Positions 54,801-58,279 of a stretch of 64,000 nucleotides of DNA are shown here, in pieces (position 1 is the first letter of the stretch; the number at the start of each line of letters is the position of its first letter). Where the stretch lies: positions 3,136,001 to 3,200,000 of the forward strand of contig CAXXTU010000002.1 of assembly GCA_963662655.2 (NCBI GenBank), in the 5' to 3' direction. The notes under the pieces are model-generated. The model did not search any database and was not told where the DNA came from. It was given only the letters and a program-made list of their open reading frames with translations. Both the position numbers and the translations under genes were made by a program. Source of the DNA: Candidatus Cloacimonadales bacterium. Lineage in GTDB: Bacteria; Cloacimonadota; Cloacimonadia; Cloacimonadales; JAIOQZ01.

Positions 54801-54859
54801 CTTAACGCCGTAAAGATGATCAAGAGTGTGATCACAAATAAAACCCTTGAGTTTCTCAT
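33815..54859 (-). CDS. Giant (7014 aa) cadherin-like/He_PIG Ig-repeat adhesin with a gliding-motility-type (CHU_C, type B) CTD
   Basis: Signal peptide; roughly 55-60 ~100-aa repeats of two types (LPxWLxF...RTFSGTP and PxWLTLTDNGDGT) with NxND linkers; FN3- and ASH-like domains; C-terminal PNAFTPNGDGLND...WDGKD...GPYIYVL...IYLVR. Confidence 0.92.
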   Translation of the reverse strand: MRNSRVLFVITLLIIFTALSTSIAAQSRDTLHRSAPTSANVTKTILEDSVWTFSESDFPFNDSDGNEFLAVRLTSIPDHGTITYMGFTIGAGSVPYPVDVPALNLLKYTPEINGNGTAYSSFNFQVMDSATEFSGEYQFTFNVTAVNDDPQLFMDGTEITGTIDLNITVFEDGFYTFTPADSIRIDDVDILNKDDIDTPVILNMMTSYCTLTIDRGMSRFISGNGTSNVTIVSTINQINDYLDSFTLHPNQNVSGPDTLVIRINDQGNTGQGGGNDVYRNLSFYIEPVNDAPILYPSYNAVLTSIPEDDYDNPGNLIENIVENGAIYDPDGNTVKAIAVIEVDNTYGNWQYSTNNGITWDDFTAIDNDLVDISSAAPLLDGTLGTHRIRFVPMVNYNGYANLRFRAWDRSAGNAGQTYNVVAVGDTTAFSVASDIAQIKVQDINDTPELFHGSTKVDSCLYVPLDVDENLNYHFTAADSIRVWDPDIASNQLILNISVTKGILSVDGGSRFISGDGTNNVVIVVSQTNMNNYLKDFYYYSDPDVEGMETMTVIMNDQGFTGQGTGVNIERKLYFALTNDPPVFTSEPPLTVNEDELYQYNVTAIDDTISVCGLHYASPTLPAWLSLTDHGDGTATLSGYPTNEYIGLNEVAITIRDDIADPVPQTFNIEVINVNDPPEVLNPIGNVNVNEDTLLDYVFPENTFFDPDPNESLSYSAEQSDGSELPAWLNFVPLSRRFTGTPANEDIAVYSIALTATDLSAETVIDTFTITVINTNDAPYVLNEIPDQITQEQDLYQYTVPDTIFADDDPGDNLTYSATLSDLSPLPAWLSFDPGTRTFSGTPVHVNIGQIFIRVEAEDISGQAASDVFRLWVTWINIAPFVATPLDDQNATEDSGFSFAIPDGTFDDENIAEGDILTYSARQANDSPLPNWLNFDPNTKTFTGIPRNENVGTLSVKAIVTDVPGLTAEDVFDINIANTNDPPYVLNPIPNQLANEDQLFEFTFSDSVFGDPDTPYGDTFTYSAVQDSSGREIPLPLWLSFDSNTRTFSGTPTNDDRGIHRIKVIIEDAAGLTASVVFQIEVLNSNDGPVVLNPILDHHATEDLPYTFTFSANVFSDPDNQPVRDILLYSAGMVDSTDTIVDLPSWMNFTPELRTFNGIPLNEDVGIYQIAVTATDTAFATAVDTFRLEVENVNDIPVLANPIEDQVTTEADAYSFTFPENTFTDDDIIHGDYLTYTARKYVDGDLQNLPTWLSFNQATRTFSGTPQASDIEIFEIQVTATDSSNTSATDLFQFEVRYLNQPPVLANPIPNQNGLEDTPFTFTFNSDTFFDANVGVGDTLFYSATLVSDAPLPGWLTFTPASRNFSGTATNAEVGTYDIRVTARDRSDESVSDEFAIVIANTNDAPYIANPIPNQIATEDQAFSYTIPANTFEDDDIIWGDALILSASLEDDSPLPAWLAFDDETETFSGTPTVPENIQVKVTATDNQSESVSSVFTIEIQNTQDDPYFISSPVLQGTEDSPYTYNITVADDDPDAILAIDATVLPGWLTLDDNGDNTGVLQGTPLNANVGENQVALTVSDGVRVISTQEFTIQVANVNDAPVVANPIPNRTVAANTTIDYYLADDAFVDDDIIWGDELTYSAALSDGNPLAAWIAFNAESKYFTFQPALDDVDTYEIRVTVRDNSNEEAFDDFILTVIPTNQQPQFTSTPSEDATEDVLYTYNITSSDDGIDDGFTIAGTTVPEWLTLTDNGDGTALLEGTPGNDNVGENPVILTLSDNIAQEVSQEFSILVANVNNAPQVVNPIADQTATQDVYFQFSFTEDVFEDIDAVDALTYSAKLADASPLPAWLSFEPGTRTFTGTPANSNVGEYSIAVIATDIEGATGTDIFTLTVENVNDGPYLLHPISMVIGWEDVLFNYTFPSNTFTDPDIPYGDILTYSATLSDGNPLPEWLTFTSSQRLFSGLPSDYDTGTYSIRLTATDIAGESVYNDFNLVINNFNDSPELVNPIPDQAAFTDTPFEYIFPEDTFNDPDPGDFMNYTATLEGGSPLPAWMSFDGSDRRFYGTPAGIESGTSYPILLTASDAALESAEDHFNIVVFASNFAPEFTSTPVTDATQDIPYIYNITVEDDGVNFGLTLEAPELPEWLTFSNLGNGNASLTGTPTNDEIGTFDVRLTAWDHIADPVEQSFTIEVQNVNDAPVLVNPIADQISRVDIAYSYTIPEGTFNDIDTGDALTYSASLTGELPLPGWLSFDAPTVTFSGTPAVEDIGQYDIVVKATDIEGAFATDEFVLEIVPSNYPPEFTSSPLLSTFEDALYLYNVKTSDDGVNEGGIVLQAPVIPEWLTLNDNGDGTADLTGTPDNSMIGVWDVTLTLSDGISPAVEQSFAVTVVNTNDGPVVVNPIPNHVTYESAAYSFTFDEDTFTDDDIIYGDQLTYVAELSNGDPLPGWLSFIPSQRTFSGIPMNNHVGTYTIRVIASDIAGLTATDEFQLQVLNVNTPPYVENPLMDQAAIANTLYNFTIPETTFGDDDLPFGDILTYAARQTNGDALPTWLTFDPETHTFNGVAPLELIGTTYDIRVFVRDTQLESVSDDFSLAVIESNDPPVFTSTPVTTATEDVLYSYLVTASDDGQNFGLAFLAVEIPEWLSLVNHGDGTATLSGTPDNENVGSNNLDIVVSDGIADPVHQIFSISVTNVNGAPYVANPIPDQTATEDEFFTYTFADNTFDDEDLVWGDELSYSTKLSDNSPLPAWLSFNDVTRTFSGTPGDLDVVDLDIVVIATDIESAFAEDTFHLEVINNGDSPYFTSSPVTNATEDFLYQYNIVTEDTDPGALLVISAPQAPSWLTLTDHGDGTALLEGTPLNENVGAHNVVLTVNDGTRVLGTQAFTINVTNTNDLPYVNQPIPDQAILINEEFAYVFPENTFADDDTIYGDALVYAAMLTDGNPLPAWLSFNPNARYFNGLPGLTEVGSYSIRVVANDQQAGTVWDDFILQVIETNVAPSFTSLPVTTATEDVLYQYNVTTADDGVNMGITISAPQVPAWLAITDNGDGTATLFGTPANEDVGTHNVVLNVSDGIAAPVAQLFSIVVENVNTPPVLVNSIPDQAALVGQAFNYSIPENTFADFDADDVLTYEAIITSGGSWTHTWLIFYPAQRRFYGLPSAVDIGSYTIRVTVTDTGMESAFDIFTLSVYAEDVPPVFTSLPITQAYENIEYTYNVTTTDDGIDLGITIEAPTLPSWLTFTDNEDGTGLLRGTPTTSDIGTHDVVLTVTDNILPSIDQSFSIEVLDVNQPPVLVNPIPNQTTVAEQLYQYTVPENTFEDPDEASVLTWNAMLANGEPLPEWLTFNPETRVIQGTPAVADAGTHNIMIIVTDDGGMMADDDYLLRIFAENQPPVFTSSPVTEINVDELYLYNITTSDDVNNFGGLVITAETVPSWLALYDNEDGTATLTGTPTDEFVGSNGVVLSVSDGISAPVEQAFDINVSAINHPPYVANPLIDQVAVAGSFFSYTFADDTFVDPDQGDVLSYEITTVDDSPMPVWLLIDEAGRTLSGTPQLVDTGIIPIRVKATDIQGEEANDEFNLRVIGSNDAPEFTSTPVTNATQDSRYTYEISATDDAYSLDGLVFSTNALPEWLTFNDLGNGMAVLAGIPSNADVGQSEITILVSDGLASQVEQTFQLTVHNINDAPIVVNPNPDQRAVIGQFYQYQANLDTFDDPDIPYGDHLTYTSKLIDGSNLPRWLVFDPVSMLYRGSPSILDARLFSILLIATDDSLATAVDQFDIVVRAGNEAPEFASVPPTEILQGETYSYDIVTTDDNNNAGLTIIGGVVPEWLALVDNGDGTGVLSGVPGNDNVGAHEVVLYVSDGIIRDATSQQFTITVHNMNDAPYIANPIPDMTTTAGELYDYTIPGGTFADPDIMYGDHLAYDATLETGSPLPEWLTFNAETLAFSGTPQIGNSGNYSIKVTVTDDSLASVSDVFVLEVYYGNLPPQFTSTPVTEVNEDATYLYNITTMDDGVGFGVHITATALPGWLTLTDNGDGTAVLAGVPKNGDVGEHEIVLQANDNVRVIEEQSFTITVYNTNDAPYLIEPISDVGIRQGIALNYEIPSGTFGDDDLIWGDEIVWSAKLADGSFLPAWLDFDIDTHTFSGTPDIMDVGIYDMRVTVTDLMNASAFDDFVLTVYGNNVPPVFVSVPDTTATEDVHYSYEIETQDDGYNEFINITAVQIPGWLTLTDNGDGTGLLAGTPTNDAVGSSEIILRVDDGIRQSTDQAFTLTVINVNDAPYVANQIPDRGAVIEMLFEYAVPENTFADDDIIHGDVLTYSADQADGSALPAWLAFNPVTKTFSGTASLSDIGIYNIRVTVMDTSFRTASDIFIIRVVHENDGPVFTSMPELTADEGTLYSYSITVTDDGTNLGINISAPVLPDWLSLVDNGDGTATLSGIPTWQYIGANPVTLNAEDGIEPIPTEQSFSIEVRDVNTPPYVQNPIPDQNAVQDAAFFYTIPEDTFGDLDADDILTYSAIISGNGPLPEWLSFDEETRAFSGTPTNDNVGSMMVDVTAMDMAGQTAISTFTLFVVNVNDAPYVTHLIPDHEIVELTSYSFTFRADTFSDPDIQWGDFLTYTAKLTDGSPLPEWLEFTPETRSFNGIPTHEDVGHYSIRVTATDSEGLAVFDDFILQVLDDPDAPFVVNPIPDQSAWEEVAFSYTFPENTFGDADYDNTLYYEATLSNGDALPEWLSFDDFARTFNGMPAQEDVGSYSIKVTATDIYLLSASDIFIITVYNANDLPYFTSVPDTIAQEASPYLYNIVTEDVDAMDSWTLTAPTLPSWLTLTDNGDGTGSLSGMPYQANIGDNPVVITVVDSTNIPVDQIFTIYVQNVVEPPVVSNPIPDQETYINILYDYTFPANTFTEPTPGDALTYTATLSDDSPLPAWLAFDAVTRNFSGTPSDLGTYQIKVTATDMDMQSVSDEYTLDVVFIQLPPAFTSTPVTDAIEDAIYTYNITASDINGESLVFAEVNVPSWLALTDNGDSTATLSGTPLNANVGENPVEISVTDNNNDPVIQSFTITVANTNDAPVYTNAVPNQIAPEDALFEYIVPENTFEDDDLIYGDVLTYSSTLEDGTPLPAWLAFDPVTRTYSGTPLSEDIGIINVKIVATDIAMETAEGVFQIEITNTNDAPYVMNPIADQAATEDTPFSFTFADDTFGDDDIVYGDMLSYTSALQDGSPLPAWLTFDSATRTYSGTPANEDNGTWFIRLTATDNGDLTAFDDFEIVVSNAQDDPYFTSTPVTTATEDVEYTYNITATDDDPGATLVLGADVLPAWLTLTDNGDGTGNIAGTPLNEHVGTNAVTLTVSDGVRVVAYQTFDIEVANTNDAPYVINPIPDQAATEDTPFSFTFADDTFGDDDIVYGDMLSYTSALQDGSPLPAWLTFDSATRTYSGTPANEDNGTWFIRLTATDNGDLTAFDDFEIVVSNAQDDPYFTSTPVTTATEDVEYTYNITATDDDPGATLVLGADVLPAWLTLTDNGDGTGNIAGTPLNEHVGTNAVTLTVSDGVRVVAYQTFDIEVANTNDAPYVMNPIPDQAATEDTPFSFTFANDTFGDDDIVYGDMLSYTSALQDGSPLPAWLAFDSATRTYSGTPANEDNGTWFIRLTATDNGDLTAFDDFEIVVSNTQDDPYFTSTPVTTATEDVEYTYNITATDNDPGATLVLGADVLPAWLTLTDNGDGTGNIAGTPLNEHVGTNAVTLTVSDGVRVVAYQTFDIEVTNTNDAPYVMNPIADQAATEDTPFSFTFADDTFGDDDIVYGDMLSYTSALQDGSPLPAWLTFDSATRTYSGTPANEDNGTWFIRLTATDNGDLTAFDDFEIVVSNTQDDPYFTSTPVTTATEDVEYTYNITATDDDPGATLVLGADVLPAWLTLTDNGDGTGNIAGTPLNEHVGTNAVTLTVSDGVRVVAYQTFDIEVTNTNDAPYVMNPIADQTTDEDEAYSYTFPENTFDDDDLIHGDELTYSALLEGGNPLPAWLTFNDVSRTFSGTPTNDDLGQYSIEVTATDNLSESVSDIFVLTVDNTNDAPEFTSTPVTTATEDVEYTYDITATDDDPNDDLSIIATTLPLWLTLTDNGDGTGNITGTPLNENVGDNAVVLEVHDGTTLDIQSFTIVVANVNDAPVVLNPIPDQTTDEDEAYSYAFPENTFDDDDLIHGDVLTYTAGEVDEDGLPAWLSFDGATRTFSGTPTNDDIGTYMIMVTATDEDGASVNDIFEIEVLNTNDAPYFTSDPILAVNEDEQYSYSVICNDDDPNPVLTITMQSGPEWLTLTQTDNFNATLEGTPTNDNVGDNEVVLVVDDGIDRKTIKKTMNLRDTAQQPFTIVVANVNDAPYVAVVVDSLTIPENAIDTSLDMNAMFGDDDLIHGDALTFSYSGNSHIMVGIQDGVVSLDPETDWYGVETITFYAEDNDGEVAQQSVVITVENIIDVPVIDPIDDQVVYLIDTAWEYQVTAYIYPTATFSLMNAPEGMTIDPATGLMSWTPSATQTDVYNITVHLENNTGMDDEEFTFTVINRNDAPQNLIPTLFNDGTSELTWSAPVSAKWLTGYNVYRSGDYDDNYELIGEVDGNVTHFTDDEPNVGVQNCYRVTAVLEADHIDWQGESYASEVATVYPLPPTEFALYYDDGIPEQGYLFGNEFGVQFDLSPIQRYTPTSTLIRFAIYLYTLDVQDLLINIYGNGDTPSADNFIQTFNYDVNDLHLGWNILDIPSGADLEFVGERFHIVVDASHPYQVGFDTSDPVSGHSYVEAGSGWGVIPNGDLLIRAIVATPLPNIAVDMTSMNFGDVYAGEDSAPQMFTITNTGNYELEVTEIGAPPGFQIRHGTDGGWVETLSMTIPYQGSEDIYARFSPSTRKVYTGEIEIVHNGVDETDVNISVRGNSIEPQPNAFTPNGDGLNDIYTVRLVNSGNVEAKMNIYDLHGKRVREVNGTYDGTGMTLSWDGKDDGGRKCGSGPYIYVLRKNGSIDKRGKIYLVR
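36931..39349. repeat. Four near-identical 594-bp tandem repeats within the adhesin
   Basis: Anchor ggggtt(c/t)atcacgtacggagcgtcgttggtgtt recurs at 36941, 37535, 38129, 38723 and 39317 (period 594 bp = 198 aa). Confidence 0.95.
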
Positions 54860-55510
54860 TTTCTATGCTCCTTATGTTGTAAATTCATAATCTATATATC
54901 CTGAAACCATGTAATAGAACATCCCCTTCACCATATAGCTATCCGGGACGTCATTGTCAATTTTATTATTCCTTATATAAAAAGAAAATTTCACGCCCAA
55001 CGTTAAAGCGTTCATTATCGATACGGCGCAACGCTCTGTAAAACAAAGTGTTGGAAGAAATTCTGGGCGATTTCCGGCAAAAAAATGAATGATGAACAGA
55101 ATCTTTCGTTTTTCGCTCCAAGCGCTATGGATGGCAGGCTGCAAAAGGTTGTTTCTATTCATAGTATGACTTTTTCTCATTATAATTCCCCAGAATTTCA
55201 AGAGCATGAAACTTGAGCTCTTCTTCTTCAGAATCGAGCGTCCTGATCGTGAATCTCGTGCAGGCATTCATGCCCCGGAAAAGCATTCAGGCAAGATATA
55301 AAATATTAAAAAAACGCGCTCTGGGCGAATTTTTTCTCTTGCAGGGGGGTGTTTTAATGTGGGTTAATTTTATGCGGTAAATCAGACGTGTGGGAAAGCC
55401 TCATGCCTTCGTGTGAGAGAATATTTAATTTCGGGAAGCATAGGAACTCATGTTTGATGCAAAGTGACACCAATAATGTCAAATTAGGTCACGATGTCCA
55501 AGTTTCCTCA

Positions 55511-56044
55511 TCATTTATGTCCTGCCTTTTGTATTACCATGTTGTATATACAGTGTGAAATGTAGTCAGAACGAGCCTTTTCACCAAGAGCATCGAGGAT
55601 GATTTCGCCGATTAAGAAATGCTTCTCCATTTTCTCGTCTTCTTTAATTAGCTTCCCGATATTATCAATAAAGCTTTGAACAAGCGATTCCGAAGGCAGT
55701 CTTTCACGAAGATATGCAACAACAGCGTCTTTGTCAGAGAAATCATTAATTTTGTCGTTGATTGATTGTCGTTTATTTAATGTAAACATGAAATCAAAAT
55801 CATTGTGAAAAGGATATGCTGATTTTAGAAGCTTGGTGGGAGCAAGTTGGTAATAATCAATATCATCCTGATGGAATTCCATTGCAAGCGTTGAAGCAAT
55901 TGAAACAAATCGATTTTGTAATGTTCTACTTATTCCTTTCCATCGAGGATGCAAGTTCTCCCAGTAAAATCCGTACTGTATTCCAAAGAGAATCATCAAA
56001 ATGACAACAAAGATAATCCTATAGGCTGGAAGAATTACAGACAA
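55511..56044 (-). CDS. Hypothetical protein with an N-terminal TM segment
   Basis: AT-rich 177-aa ORF; no recognised motif. Confidence 0.55.
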   Translation of the reverse strand: MSVILPAYRIIFVVILMILFGIQYGFYWENLHPRWKGISRTLQNRFVSIASTLAMEFHQDDIDYYQLAPTKLLKSAYPFHNDFDFMFTLNKRQSINDKINDFSDKDAVVAYLRERLPSESLVQSFIDNIGKLIKEDEKMEKHFLIGEIILDALGEKARSDYISHCIYNMVIQKAGHK

Positions 56045-56086
56045 TATAATGATAAGACACTCAGAGAGAACAAGATATGCGTAAAT

Positions 56087-56674
56087 TCATTGTCCATCAA
56101 ATGGATTTATGCACACTTTCGAGGACATCGTCATTTTCTTCAGATTTCTTCTGATTAATTCGTTATTGAAAAATCCGAGAAGCACCAATAATGTTATCGC
56201 TGCTAAACAAAACCAGGATTTGATTACATAGAAGTAAACAATAAAACCAATCGATACCAACAGAGAACCCGGTAGAAATTGAAGAATAAAATAAATCCCA
56301 AGTGGGATATACTGATGCTGGGAAAACATGATGGTGCCCACAAATACTCTTGCTGGCAAAATGAAATGTTCCAATATACTACAAAATCCGCATATTCTTT
56401 CTCGACTCTTCATCGTGTAAATATATTCGGTGTAAAAACTTGAGCGAAAAACTCTTTGTGGCAGAGTAATAGAGGAACAGGGTTTATCATTCACATGTTT
56501 TGATTTCTTATCTTTCCGTATATCTCTATGCATCATAACCATAACAAACAATAGCAGCCCCACGCTGCCTGCAATACCGATCCATGTCCAAAGGCCTTTG
56601 GGTGCGCCTGAAACAGCAAAAACGAAAACTGGGGACAGTAAAAACAGGATTATGCACGATTCTACTTTTCTCAT
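56087..56674 (-). CDS. Hypothetical membrane protein
   Basis: GGGAG RBS upstream; several hydrophobic segments. Confidence 0.55.
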   Translation of the reverse strand: MRKVESCIILFLLSPVFVFAVSGAPKGLWTWIGIAGSVGLLLFVMVMMHRDIRKDKKSKHVNDKPCSSITLPQRVFRSSFYTEYIYTMKSRERICGFCSILEHFILPARVFVGTIMFSQHQYIPLGIYFILQFLPGSLLVSIGFIVYFYVIKSWFCLAAITLLVLLGFFNNELIRRNLKKMTMSSKVCINPFDGQ

Positions 56675-56739
56675 GGCTACTCCCTATCAACACCATGCAA
56701 TGAAGTCAATTATCTGGCAATATAATTAATACCACATAC

Positions 56740-57040
56740 GACGAGCGGACGGAGCAGTTCGAGCGCTTCGTGAGCACCTTTCGCGGCGCGAACGTCGCCG
56801 ACAAACCGTCCACGCTGATGCGCAACGAGGACTGGATGCAGAAGATGTTCGAGGGGAAGGCCCCAACGGTCGGGGAAGCCATGAGCATGAAGGGCTTCTA
56901 CTTCCGGCACGTCTATGGCAACTACCCGCACGCCGGAATCGGCAGCCGCAAGCCCTACGAGGTCTTCTCCTCCGCTCCGGTTCCCGACGACCGCCGGGTG
57001 AAACCGACCCGCCTGCACTACCTGATGCTGGCGGTGATGA
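56740..57040 (+). pseudogene. Probable Mu-type/DDE transposase fragment
   Basis: GC-rich patch with no proper start. It translates EQFERFVSTFRGANVADKPSTLMRNEDWMQKMF...YGNYPHAGIGSRKPYEVF, resembling the post-catalytic region of Mu-like transposases (recalled similarity, not searched). Confidence 0.5.
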
Positions 57041-57708
57041 ACCGATTGGCGTATCGGGCGCACACACGCCCTTCCCGCCCTTTCACTGGCGGTGCAGAAC
57101 GGCGACGGAGATTGTGGGATAAGGAGATTGAGGGGTAGTGGAGTCCAGCGAGGTAAGCTAACAACGTTTCCGGTACGGAAACGGCCCTCAGAAGCGCGCA
57201 AGAGCCATGCTGGTCGCCAGTTTTCACTGTTTTAGGAGGAGCTCTTTTTTATCTGGATCAGTGAAGTGCTGGGTATTGTCCTCGTCGTTCATGAATTCGG
57301 TTATAGCCTGCTTGGTGGCGTCCCAGTTCAGAATCCGCCCGTCTTCAGATCGATATCGAGGCAAACATGGTCGGCCAGCGGTCGCTTCGCGAGCCGCAAA
57401 GGCCGTTTTGCTTAGCAAAACGCAGGTAGTGTTCATCCGGCATGAAATTCGGTACCGGCCGTCGTAGGACTTGATCACCTTGCCGTCCTTGTTTCTGAAC
57501 GAGGCCTGGCATCCGCTCATAACCCTCGCGTTGGGATACGTCTTGCTCGGTTCTTCCTAAATCTACGGAGATCATCTACGCTAAGGAAAATTGGAACAGG
57601 ATGGGAACGAAGAATGGAATCGAAAAATTGAACTTGACATTGAAAAAGTATAACGACTTTATTTATATAGTAATTGTCACGACCATTGGGCGAGGCACAG
57701 GAGATAGA

Positions 57709-58279
57709 ATGACAATTCTTTCAAGATCGTCAGTAAGAGATATAGAATCGCTTGTTCGTTATTTCGTGAATCAAGTTATCGGAAAGAGTAAAAATTGCCT
57801 GGTCTTTAACAAGAATAGACAATCTGAATCGATGATATTCTATGATTTTTTTAATTTATTACCGATTGAGTATTCAAATGAATTTGGGTCCAATTTTTTA
57901 TATTGAAAAGATAAAGATCAACAAAGAAACTAATGGATTTCGAATTCCTTTTACATATGAGTGGGAGTTTGTATTAAACCATGATTTCAATGAAAAGGAA
58001 AATTCTTCAAAGATAGATCGGATTAATGAATTAGATAGGGTTTTCTTCTCAAACTATGTATCTGATTGGGTATTCGAACCAGAAACTTTCCTTAGCTTTG
58101 ATGCCTCGCCCTGCGAAGCAGTTTTTGGAGGAAATCATTATTTTGTACCAACTGCCTACAATGGTCTATCCTTTCTAATATATTTAGACCCAGATTCAAG
58201 AAATGGCCTCGGGCCGTTTCCAATTTCAATACCTCAATTTTCTAAACGCATTAGACAGGGGAGATATGCAACAATCTGA
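57709..58279 (+). pseudogene. AT-rich hypothetical gene, possibly frameshifted at a T-run
   Basis: AGGAG RBS and ATG at 57709. The frame ends at 57906; an overlapping frame continues to 58279, with the switch possible at TTTTTT ~57894-57899. Confidence 0.35.

Noticed and set aside
54860..55510. Riboswitch (e.g. c-di-GMP) or small ORF (54872-55267) upstream of the adhesin
   Set aside because: No recognisable aptamer consensus by eye; the ORF lacks an RBS and coding features. A cmscan run would be needed to exclude a riboswitch fully.
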